From contig NC_083423.1 in the NCBI RefSeq assembly GCF_020745735.1, positions 50,344,001 through 50,408,000 on the forward strand: DNA of 64,000 nucleotides. The letters run 5' to 3'. A model generated the notes under the pieces. The model made no database searches. It had not been told where the DNA came from and saw only the letters and a program-made list of their open reading frames with translations. Of the stretch, positions 52,840 to 64,000 are shown piece by piece. Each line of letters begins with the position of its first letter. Position 1 is the first letter of the stretch. A program made the translations under genes and the position numbers. The stretch is from Hemiscyllium ocellatum. Taxonomy: Eukaryota.

Positions 52840-53825
52840 GGTGTAGTAGATGGAAAGTATTCAGCCTGGAGCTTGGTGACCAGCGGTGTTCTTCAGGGGT
52901 CGGTTCTGTGACCTCTGCTGTTTGTGGTTTTTATAAATGAAGTGAAAGCATGGGTTAGTAAGTTTGCCGATGACATGAAGGTTGGTGGAGTTGTGGGTAG
53001 TGTGGAAGGTTGTTGTAAGTTGCAACAGGACAATGACATGATGCAGAACAGGGCTGAGAAGTGGCAGATAGAGTTAAAAAGTGTAAAGCGATTCATTTTG
53101 GAAGGACAAATTTGAATGCAGATTACAGAGTTAAAGGCAGGAATCTTGGCAGTGTGGAGGAACAGAAGGATCTTGGGGTCCACATCCATAGATCCCTTAA
53201 AGTTGCCACCCAAGTTGATAGGGTTGTTAAGAAGGCATATGGTGTGTTGGCTTTCATTAGCAGGGGGATTGTGTTTAAGAGCCGCAAGTTAATGTTGCAG
53301 TTTTATAGACCCTTGCTTAGACCACACTTAGAATAGTGTTCAGTTCTGGTTCCCTCGTTATGGGAAGGATGTGGAAGCTTTAGAGATGTTGCAGAGGAGA
53401 TTTACCACGATGCTGCCTGGACTGGAGGGCATGTCTTATGAAGAAAGGTTGAGGGAGCTAGAGCTTTTCTCATTGGAGCGAAGAAGGATGAGAGGTGACT
53501 TGATAGAGGTGTACAAGAAGATGAGAGACATTTCCCCAGGGTGGAAATGGTTATCACGAGGAGGCATAAATTTTAAGATGATTGGAGGAAGGTTTAAGGG
53601 AGATGTCAGAGGTAGGTTCTTTACACTGAGTGTGTTGGTATGTGGAATGCACTGGCAGCAGTGGTAATAGAGTCAGATGCAATAAGGGCATTTAAAATTC
53701 TTGGATAGGCACATGGATGACAGTAAAATGAGGGGTATGTAGGTCAGTTTGATCTTAGAATAAAATAAAAGGTCGGCGCAACATCGAGGACCGAGGGTGC
53801 CTGTACTGTGCTGTACTGTTCTATG
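52840..53825 (+). mobile_element. CR1 LINE RT/3' fragment
   Basis: QGSVL.PLLF, VSKFADDMKVGG, LLRPHLE, RRMRGDLIEVYK. Confidence 0.9.
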
Positions 53826-55317
53826 TCTTGAGGAGTCATTTTCCATAATTTCAATTTGCTACACAATTCACTAATATTCTGAGAGCAGATTGGGAGGCTT
53901 GAAAGTGAATCACCAGTAACACAGCTGTGCTCTGGTTCTCTCTTTGAAACATTTCGGACAAGTGATGATTCAGTTCTTATTTCAAAACCTTCAGTTCTGC
54001 AGCTTGGTGTTGTTAACATGTTCACAGGCTGCCCTTGCATGGTATGGTCTGCCTTCACACTGTAATGTGATGGGAAGCACTATAATGTACCCCAGCTGAC
54101 TAGATCAATGATGCAGGTGTTGATGCACGCTCCAAATATGTGATTCCTAGTCCACTCCTCAGTGAACATTGCTGCTGTCATGTGTGAACAGTGTAATATT
54201 TTTAACCAGTAGCATGTCTAGTGTCACCTTGTGGCATAGTCCACATGATATACTGTTTGAGCTAAAATTCAGGACTCAGGTGAGTGCTCTGTTTGCTTAG
54301 TCCATGCTACCTGTATAATGTCACCATGGAAGTGATTTACAATGCATAGAGTCATAGAGTTTTATAGCATGAAAACAGACCCTTCGGTCCAACTCATCCA
54401 TGCCAACCAGATAGCCTAAATTAATCTAGTCCCATTTGCCAGTATTTGGCCCATATCCCTCTAAACCCTTCCTATTCATGTACCCATGCAGATGCCTTTT
54501 AAATGTTATAATTGTACCGTGTAACCATAATTTTTGCCAAGTTTCTGAAGAAATCCTAAAACATGTGCCAAAAATAATATCTTACAAAGGCTATTTTAAA
54601 AGAATTAAATAATCGTGTGAAATTTTGCCACATTTTCACTAACTAATACTTGGAGTTTGAGAGTACATTTTTAATTGTTACATATGAACTGCATAGAAAC
54701 TTCTTCACTGGGGAATTAGTGTTACAATGGACATTTTTAAAGACCAAACTGTAACCCTCTTCAGTCCCACAGCCATCCAAAATCTCTGCATGCCTCAATT
54801 CTGATCTTCTATATACCCTCCACCCCTTCCCTTTATCCTACTGGTAACAGCCATGTCTTCAGCTAATTAAACACTAAGTTATGTAATGAATTCCCTAGAT
54901 CTCTCATTCTCTCTCCATTTCATACTCTTCATTTCAGAAGTTACTTAAAATCTCCATCTGCTTTGGTTTTCTGTACTGACATATGCAGATGTGGCTCAGC
55001 ATTGAATTCAGTTGAGAATGCTGCTGTGAAGCACCTTGGGCATTTTACTACATGAAAGGCACTATGTGAATGTTTAAGGACTCCATTTGATAGTAATACT
55101 GACAAGCTGCAGTCCAGAAGAAATCCTGGCTTAATAGATTATATGTTCAGTTGTTGCAGTTTGTCACCCGTGACGGTCAGTGACTAAAGCATATTCACAT
55201 GAGGCTGCTGACGTTCTTTAACAACAGAACGTAAGCTCCTTACACAAAAACATGAAAAGATATATATCTAAAGTCAGCTAGAAAGATCATAACACAAACA
55301 GCAAAACAAAGTTTCAG

Positions 55318-55900
55318 CAAAACAAACTGACAGCCAGACAGCTGCGACCACTAGGACTCATAACAGCACACAAACCAACAGCCACTTTCAGACAACAACT
55401 CACCAGGACAAAGGACCCGATACCCAGCATGAGCAAAACCAACGTGGTTTACAAAATCCCATGCAAGGACTGCACAAAACACTACATAGGACAAACAGGA
55501 AGACCGCTAACAACCCGCATCCATGAACACCAACTGGCCATGAAACGACACGACCAACTATCCCTAGTAGCCATACACTCAGATGACAAACAACATGAAT
55601 TCGATTGGGACAACACCACCATTATAGGACAGGCCAAACAGAGAATAGCCAGGGAATTCCTAGAAGCATGGCACTCATCCACGAATTCGATCAACAGACA
55701 CATTGACCTAGACCCTATATACCAGCCACTGCAGTGGACAGCTACTGACAACCGGAAGCGGCAGATTCAAACCAGTATAAATGCCGGAGGAATCAGCACA
55801 GAAGCGCTTCACAGGAGGCTCCCAAGCACTGAAGATGTCACCTAGAAAGGGGACGAAACGTTTGCAAGAAAAACTCCCAGCTCGGCGAACAGAACCACAA
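55318..55900 (+). mobile_element. PLE family 1 5'-truncated copy (GIY-YIG + terminal repeat, no tail)
   Basis: NVVYKIPCKDCTKHYIGQTGR...REFLEAWHSSTNSINR; TSD aacaaagtttcag at 55305-55317 and 55899-55911. Confidence 0.92.
55826..55865 (+). ncRNA. Minimal hammerhead ribozyme motif (PLE family 1)
   Basis: GCA CUGAAGA U GUCaCCU agaa AGGgGAC GAAA C GUU UGC. Confidence 0.78.
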
Positions 55901-56339
55901 CAAAGTTTCAGTCTATTCCCCAAAACTATCTACTTACAATTCCTCAGAAATTCCACTCCTGTCTTGATGGTTTCAGTTTTCGGTTCTCCAATTCCTTCCA
56001 GTTTCTTTTCCCTCAGCTGCAGAGCTAGTTTTGCTCTTCATTTCCACGTCCACAATTTTAATGGTCTGAACTGCCACAGTTCTAACAGCATTTCTATCCA
56101 AGCACTTCCAGTGTAGAAGCCCCATCAACTAAAGCACTTTAGTTAGGGTGACTGGTTCCCCTGAACTAAAGGCTTTATTTCTGTACTAGGAGAAATTATT
56201 CTCCCTTCTGACATAAACTCTTGATTCTCATGAAATGACACCTTGAACCATCTATTCTGCAGTGTAAACTAAACTGATGGCTTTCTAGTTTGTTGTAAGC
56301 TCAATAATATAACAATTCCATCCATTAAGACTGCAGTGC

Positions 56340-56643
56340 AGCACGGTGGCTCAGTGGTTAGCTCTGCTGCCTAATAGCACCATGGACCCAGGTTTGATTT
56401 CAGTCTCAGGCGACTGTGTGGAATTTACACATTCTCCCCATGTTTGCGCGGGTTTCCTCTGAGTGCTGCGGTTTCCTCCCACAGTCCAAAGATGTGCAGG
56501 TCAGGTGAACTGGACATGCTAAATTGCCTATAGTGTTAGGTGCATTAGTCAGAGGGAAATGAGTTTGGTTGGGTTACTCTTCAGAGGGTAGCTGTGGACT
56601 TGTTGGGCTGAAGGGCCTGTTTCCACACTGTAGGGAATCTAAT
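56340..56643 (+). mobile_element. HE1-type V-SINE
   Basis: Head, core and tail as above. Confidence 0.88.
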
Positions 56644-58447
56644 CACGCAGCTACTTGCTTTCTGGAAAAGTTATGTAACATGCTTATGTCATGATTCCCA
56701 AAGACACTTCGGCCTGTTTTAAAAAAACTTCACAGAACTGACCCACTGCCTCTATTTTAAAATCCAAATCACAAAATGTATCACATCTTGCATCACAACT
56801 GCAAATCACTGTTGCATGAGGTCTTCTGGGAGCAGCAAAATAGACAATGTGTCTCACTGTCACAGAGTCAATCACAAACAGTATAATTCATCACACTGTA
56901 TATATCGATATCCAACACGCATGCAACTGCAGTGAGCAATGGACCGAACTTCTTAAGTGAGAAGTTTATTAACTTTATAGATTTATAAAGTGATAAGGAT
57001 CTGCAGCAAAGTAAAAGACTCTTTGGACAATCACTTCCGCATCAGTCAAAACAACCATCTAACGTCCTCCCAAGTATGCACTTCATTCTAATTCCTTTGG
57101 ATGCAGACAGCAGGAGCAAGACTCTAGTTATTGACCACCACTAGTTGGCGTGGGACTCTTGTCACATGTAGACCAGAACAGGATGACTGACAAATAATCT
57201 TCCCTGAAGGATATTTGTGCACCAGTTTGGTATCTATAATTCAGTCAATTCCTGCTACTGACACCAAAGTTAGCAGAGTTATTAAATCCAGTTTCATAAT
57301 TTGTCATGCTGGGATTTGAACACTTAATTTGTCATTGTTCAGACTGTGTTTAGCTCCATGCTTAACAGCTAGTAATTTCCATGCTTATAGTCTTAGTTAA
57401 GGCTGCAAAGAACTAATGTACAAGCTTTGTGGAAAATCACTTTGATTATCTTTGACCTGTGTGTTTTTTTCCCCCAACAACAAAATGTCATGCATCTGAT
57501 TAAAAGTCCGTAATTTGGGGTAGTAATGTTGGGGAAGTGCCAGTGCTGGCGATTGTTAACATGCAAAATTGACAGCAATGTCTGATCCCTGCACCTGAAC
57601 TGTTAAGCACGGAAGTTATCACTTATACACTGTTCCACTACGGAGTGTACTGTTGTGATCTTCACAGATGGATCAGTACAGAATTAGCGATTTGACATGA
57701 ACCTAACCTCGTTTGACATTAATGGTGTGAAAATCAATGAAAAGCTTAAGCTGTATTTAATCAAGTGTAATTGACTTTTGAATGGTCTGCTAAGTCATAA
57801 TTACTGCTGATCAATTTCTCTGGTGCTGACGAACAATGTTCCATTTAAAGTATTGGTTATTTCATTCAGAAGAATGTTTGAAAATTGCTAAAAACTCTAT
57901 CTCTAAAGACTGGTTTTGATACTTAACTTCTCCCTTAATCCCATTTTTACATCCCAATCTTTAATTTGTTCCAAATAATTGAGTTGCGAATTATATTCCC
58001 TGATTATTAATTCCTGCTTTGCTGTCTATGAGAAATCTTCATTCTGATTGGTTGATGAGTCTGCCCAATGCTTGCCCTGATACTAAATATTACAATCCCC
58101 TTAAGGTCCCACCCTAATTTGAAATAGCATTTGAAATTAACCAAAGTGCCAAGAATTTGGTGTTTGGTATTCAGTAATTAAGAAATCTGGAATAAAATAA
58201 CTGGAGTAGGTCTTTCAGCCCATCGAGCCTACACCACTGTTCTAGATCCTGGCTGATCATCTTCTCAATGCCATTTTCCACAACATCACCACATTCCTTC
58301 ATTCATCTTCAGAAACCCGCTGATTTTTCCATCTTGAACCTGATGAATGACTCCACAGCCCTCTGGGATAGAGAATTCCAAAGATTCATGATTGCCTGTG
58401 TGAAGAAATTCATTCTCCTTTCAATCTCAGGATAGGGGCAGATCTTG

Positions 58448-58712
58448 ATTTCTGCCTCAGGCGACTGTCTGTGTGGAGTTTGCACGTTCTCCCCGTGTCT
58501 GCGTGGGTTTCCTCCGGGTGTCCTGGTTTCCCCCCATAATCCAAAGATGTGCGGGTCAGGTGAATTGGTCATACTAAGTTGCCCATAGTGTTAGATGGCT
58601 TAGTCGGGGTAAATATAGGATAGCGGTCTGGGTGGGTTACTCTTTGGAGGGTCCGTGTGGACTTGTTGATCTGAACGGCCTGCTTCCATACTGTAGGGAA
58701 TCCAATCTAATC
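58448..58712 (+). mobile_element. HE1-type V-SINE (5'-truncated) within a CR1 tail remnant
   Basis: V-domain core and aatccaatctaatc tail. Confidence 0.85.
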
Positions 58713-59689
58713 AAATCATTTCAGACACTGTTCCCTGATTGTAAAGCTACCAGCCTAGGGAAGCATCCTATCTCTATCTGTTCTGTCAAGCCCTGTCTCC
58801 TAGTCAGAAGTCTTTAGGTTCAAGTGCCACTCCAGAGATTCAGCATGGAGCTTTGTTCACTACAGTACTGAGAGTGTGCTGCACCATCAGGTGTGCTATC
58901 TTTCAAATGTACATCAAGCATGTTTGTTGCCTCAGTGAGATGTGAAACATCCTGTAGCATTAATAAATGAAGAACTAGGACAGCTCTCCTGGTGTCCCAT
59001 CCAGTATTTATTCCTCTGCCATCACACTTAAAAACAGATTATTTTGCCATTATCACACTGCTGTTTGTTTAATCCAACAATTTGCAAATCGGTTGCCACA
59101 TCAATGTCTAAGCTGATTGTGAGGTAATCTCAGGCTTTAAACGCTGCTATGTGACAAGTAAGTTTGCTCTTCCCTTATTGAAACAATATGATAGAGTGAA
59201 AAATGTAAGCAACTAATAATTAACCATGTAAATTGTTTTAACCTAAGTAAATACCTATCTTTACAATATCATATTTCCATATTCTTTCATCGATCCACTT
59301 TTACTGTACAGAACTCAGTGGCCAGGCATATACACAATCTGTGCTGAGATGGGCATGAATCATTTTTCTTCCAGTGGTCCATGCATTTTGCATTGAAGCA
59401 TCAATCAAGAATGCAAAAAATTGAAGGAAATAGCTGTGCCGATCCTTAAAAATTCAATAAGGTCGGGTGTCAGTTAAAATGACAAATTTCAACTACTCCA
59501 TAAATCGTCATTGCATTTTCAGATATACTAATTTATGCATTTACTTCATTTTTTTAACACATTAGAGGATGGAAATCCCCAAAAAAATACAGATGTTTCT
59601 TTGAGAATGATTGAATTAATTAGAATAAAGCAAACCACTGCTGTTTCAACGCTTCTGGCCTGATCCTGCTGCTCCATTCAAACTGGTGC

Positions 59690-59882
59690 CAGAGGAAGTG
59701 GTGGAGGCTGATACAATTGCAACATTTAAGAGGCATTTGGATGGGTACATGAATAGGAAGGGTTTGGAGGGATATGGGCCAGGTGCTGGCAGGTGGGACT
59801 AGATTGGGTTGGGATATCTGGTTGGCGTGGACGGGTTGGACCGAAGGGTCTATTTCCATGCTGTACATCTCTATGACTCTAT
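59690..59882 (+). mobile_element. CR1/HER1-type LINE 3' end
   Basis: gttggaccgaagggtctatttccatgctgtacatctctatgactctatg tail, similar to the HE1 SINE tail. Confidence 0.8.
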
Positions 59883-60440
59883 GGTTTAAACAGTGTGGTT
59901 TTTCAGGTTTCTATTGTTGTGGTGCTTTTCCTGGAAGAGGATATCCAGTATTGATGGAAAGGTGAACCACCTTCAAGCTATTGTTATAATAAATAGAGCT
60001 GGATTAATGTGCACTTACACCTGTGTCAATCTAACGCCAATTAAAGAAAATGTTTTAATTCTTGATGTACATTAGAATCCACATATGTAGAGATTAGTGC
60101 AGTTAAGGCAAAGTTGCTCATTTTCATTCTGAAGAATAACTTTTCCTTGTGTAATTATGACTGAATGTTTTGTTATCTTAACCATACATAAGATATTAAT
60201 CACTTCTTCACTGCCTGTTAAACTTTCATTCTGGTTAGGAATAGTGGCTATTCTTGATTATGTATCTGAGTGTGACAAACTTACAGCTGGGTCCAGAGTT
60301 AACTTAGAAGAAGTGGCTTTTCAGAACTGTATAAGTAGAACATGATAATTTAGCCCATCTTGTCTGTGCCAACTCTGAAGACCAGCAATTCAAAATTAAT
60401 CCAAGTTCCCTGCCTATAGTCTCTTTATCCTTGCAGCTAG

Positions 60441-60676
60441 GAGAAAGTGAGGGCTGGCGATGCTGGAGATCAGAGTCAAGAATGTGGTGCTGGAAAAACA
60501 CAGCAGGTCAGGCAGCAACCGAGGAACAGGAGAATCAACGTTTCAGGCATCAGCCTTTCAGGAATGTGGGCACAAGTTCTCATCCCTGAAGAAGGGCTGA
60601 TGCCTTAAACGTTGATTCTTCCGCTCCTCAGATGCACCTGACCTGCCGTGCTTTCCCAGCACCACACTCTCGATCC
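60441..60676. mobile_element. PLE family 2 mini fold-back
   Basis: Two inverted terminal fragments; TSD ttatccttgcagcta (60426-60440) / ttatccttgcaacta (60677-60691). Confidence 0.85.
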
Positions 60677-62317
60677 TTATCCTTGCAACTACATGTCCCT
60701 CAACCTCGCCAACTCCGATTCCTCCATCAAAGCACCTCCTTCCCGGTTGTGTCCCAAAGAGGCATCCGAGAATTTTATTTCTATGTTATCAGTTCATATA
60801 AATGGAATTTATTGTTCAGAGCAAGCTAGGCAGTGGGATTCATTTATTTATAGCACAGCTTTCTGATGCAGTCTATCATGTTAGTCCAAAGGCTTGTTAT
60901 AATGAATTTGCCAGTGCATGACCCAAGAAATTACTGCACACTCATGGCTGATTTGTTTAGTTCCAAATTCCATATTCCCAAGTATGCCTGATCACCTTCG
61001 ATCCCCTTGCTTTGTAATCTACATTAAGGGAGTCACCTTTTGCTTCTCTGCCCAGGATCACTTCCTGTCAGTGAGAGAGGTTTCGAAGGACTGGTTCATG
61101 GGATCATAGTTTTCTTTAACTACTGTTCAATTGTGTAACTCCTTACTGCAAGGGTGGGAAGCTGGTCATGTGATAAAAGGCATAATCACCCCAATTCAGT
61201 AAAATCTCCTTGCTACTTGTTCAATATTCTAAAGCCTACAACCATGTAGTTTGTATGTCAGTGTGTATTTCTTCATAACAAAGCTGGCAATGCTTTTGAT
61301 TTAAGTGGGGATAATCTATTACAAAGACCTAATCTATAAAATTGGGGCTGACAAAGAAGGCATAACCATAAATCAGATGAATTTTGTGTCAAATCTGAGC
61401 AGACAACCTTTCATTTGTAAGAGACCTGTGGGAGCAGACATGCTCCAGAAATGTTTGTCTTTCTTGAAAACACCGACAGGCGACTGTAGTGGTGGTGAAA
61501 CTGAGAACAACAGCAACTCTGAGCCTGCTGATCTCAAGACATGATTTCTGATCTCAAACAGTAAGAAATCTGGGCACATCCAGTGAGAAACTGGCATGTT
61601 ACCGATGAATAGGAACAGTGCAGTCAGTTACAGTACAGGATGTTCTGAATCGAGCCACATGCTCAGCTGCCCTGTGAGCTGAGAGTGAGCCAGTTCAGCT
61701 AAGGATATTTCATGTTCCACATACCCTCTCCTCCCCCTCCACCTCTCTGTCTTTTACTCTGCAACATCAGAGGCTGATCATTCACCCAATGCATCAGACC
61801 TTATGGAATTCTATATGCAAAATTACTTGGTCATTCTGTTTTGTTTCCTTAAAGCACTTATGCAGATATAGCTTTTTTCATTTCTGCTCTTGCTGTCATA
61901 AATTATGGTGTCCTATCGCTGTCCACTCCTCCAAGTGTAAAATGATCTCAAAAGGGCACATCCCTTTCTTGTTCTGGCTCTGTCACAGCATTAATTGAAA
62001 CAGTGTTAATTTTGCTGTCACACAGAATTTAGTTGAAGAGTAATTACTGTTGTACGGGATTTTGATTTGTTAGTTCTGATCAGTTTACGTAGAGTCATAC
62101 AGCACTTATGTAGACTAGGACTCTTCAGTCCAACCAATCCATGCCAAACATAATCCCAAACTGCCTGCTCGTGGCCTATATCCCTTCAAACCTTTCCTAT
62201 TCATGTACTTGTCTTTTCAATGTTGTCATTGTACCCACATCCACCACTTCTTCAGAATGCTCACTCCACACGCGAGCCAATCTCTGTGTAAAACGTTTGC
62301 CCCTCATGTCTTTTTGT

Positions 62318-63300
62318 TGAGTATTGTTTACAAAAGATACATTCTGTTGAAGCTTCTCATCTTGCATGCATCAGGGCAATTTGCAAGAATATAAAAGTAG
62401 AAGAAATACAATATTTACAAGTGAAAGAGGAGAGTGGTAATTGGTTGACAAAGGGGAATCTTACACACAGAGGCATTGCTGTGGAGATTGTATCCATGGT
62501 GATGATTGATCGTTAATTGCCAATTTTTGTTAAATTTAAACTGGGCAGGTTGATTCTGATTGTTCAAGGCATTGCCCTGAGAAATTAACCAGAGAATGGA
62601 TATCACCTGTTCCGAGTTGAAACAAGTGTAATATGTGTCTATGTTTTGTCCATCTGCAAACAAAAGAGTCATGTGTATTAATATCTGTGTCTTCCTGTGC
62701 ATACAAGTACACCACACTGAGAGTCCACTGACATTCCTAAATTGGTTGTTCTTTTATTGATGAATTGCCAGCCTTAGGTTGGGTTCCATGCAAAATGGGT
62801 CTTCAATGGAATGGCACCTAACCTACCCCTTGCAAATTTCCTGAGGGCGGCGCAGTGACTCGGTGGTTAGCACTGCTGCCTCACAAGACCAGAGACCTGA
62901 GTTTGATTCCACCTTCAGCTGACTGTCTGGGTAGAGTTTGTGTCTGCATGGGTTTCCTTTGAGTGTTCTGATTTGGTAAACAGTCCTGTTTAGGAGAATT
63001 TCACTGACATTTAAATTGTCACTTGGACTCGAGTAATGTCTTGACCAATCAGTGTCTGCTTACCCGGTTTAAAATTTCAACAAAGAATGGCAGTTAACTG
63101 CCAGTCATCATCTAACTGGTGAATGCTCCAAGATAATGCCTTCATCAATCAGAGTCCATTTGTCAACCAGTTAATTCCCTCTTGTCATAACGGAAAGAAG
63201 TTTTTTTTTCCCTATTTACATTGCCATTCCTTGAGAATTACCATGGTGAATGCAAGTCAAAAGGCTTCACCAAAATGTGTCTTTTATAGTGATACTCAAG
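62318..63300. mobile_element. Old inverted pair (about 62318-62585 and 63025-63300), probable fifth PLE family, with an HE1 fragment (about 62845-62970) in the spacer
   Basis: Reverse complement of the left arm aligns loosely with the right arm; remnant cctgatgcatgcaagatgagaagcttc resembles a hammerhead core. Confidence 0.5.
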
Positions 63301-63909
63301 TTGTGTACTACCAGATGACAGTCATCATGTTTTTGCTAAAGGAAGATTGTCTATTGTGCAAGTACTTTGTTACAAACCAGTTCTTCAAGAAGAATTGTGT
63401 CCATCATGACTTTGATTCACTTAAAGAATGTACTGGAGAATCAGGACATTTGTGATCGAAAGGTATATTGATATAGAATGTCATAGGTCATTAACAAATA
63501 TCACAAAATATCAGCCAATATCATGTATATTTATTGTCTATTCTCGTTTTATCAAATTACCTGGTTTTAGAATATATGCCAATTTATTTTTACATAAAGC
63601 AAACTTTATGATATACGAAAGACTTAACGTGAGCATTAATAATTTAGTATATAAGTTTGCAACAATGTATGTTCTGCACTTTTATTTCTGGCATGCTTCT
63701 TCCCAAACTATCTTGTAAGACACCTCAAACTTCAATAGTAGAACAAACATCTCTGAGGACCACCCTCAAGTATGCCACAGTCCTGTGGAGAACTTTCCAC
63801 AGTTCTAACTATTCTCAGGTAAAACCTTGGTATGTGGTCTCTTGACTTTGGAGATCTCAGGCCCTTGTGAGACAGTTCTGATACTTCCTGGTTGCTTTCT
63901 TTTGAAGCC

Positions 63910-64000
63910 ATGATATGGAGGTGTCGGTGTTGGATTGGGTTGGACAAAGTCAGAAGTCACACAATGCCAAGTTATAGTCCAATTTTTGAAATCACAAGCT
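63910..64000 (-). mobile_element. PLE family 3-related terminal fragment, cut by the window end; relative at about 32150-32255
   Basis: catgatatggaggtgtcggtgttggattggg...ttatagtcc resembles 27289-27360. Confidence 0.65.

Noticed and set aside
48986-64000. Next PDE3A exon (expected ...MTLTKSRSF...)
   Set aside because: Not found by eye, including in the 61305-61544 ORF; it is probably downstream of the window or too diverged.
1-64000. Prokaryotic-type systems (CRISPR array, operons)
   Set aside because: The sequence is vertebrate intronic DNA; no regularly spaced repeat-spacer array or gene-dense region was seen.

Overview
Eukaryotic, repeat-rich DNA from a cartilaginous fish; the HE1-type V-SINEs and CR1 LINEs suggest a shark, but the species cannot be determined here. 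The window is mostly intron of a + strand PDE3A (cGMP-inhibited phosphodiesterase 3A) gene. Two internal coding exons are recognisable: 46726-46980 and 48828-48985. Almost all other ORF-track entries are transposon fragments or chance ORFs. The most notable structure is a dense population of Penelope-like elements (PLEs) from 3 clear and 2 probable families. Their terminal repeats carry minimal hammerhead ribozyme motifs (CUGANGA-N-stem II-GAAA-palindromic ACGU/AGCU-H), and they repeatedly form head-to-head fold-back insertions, many with 11-15 bp target-site duplications. Also present: a decayed Gypsy element with inverted INT-RT-RH domain order (Gmr1-like) holding a nested PLE and a MITE, solo LTRs, several SINE families, CR1/L2 fragments and microsatellites. 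Repeat boundaries were read by eye, and family names and human PDE3A comparisons come from recalled motifs, not database searches.
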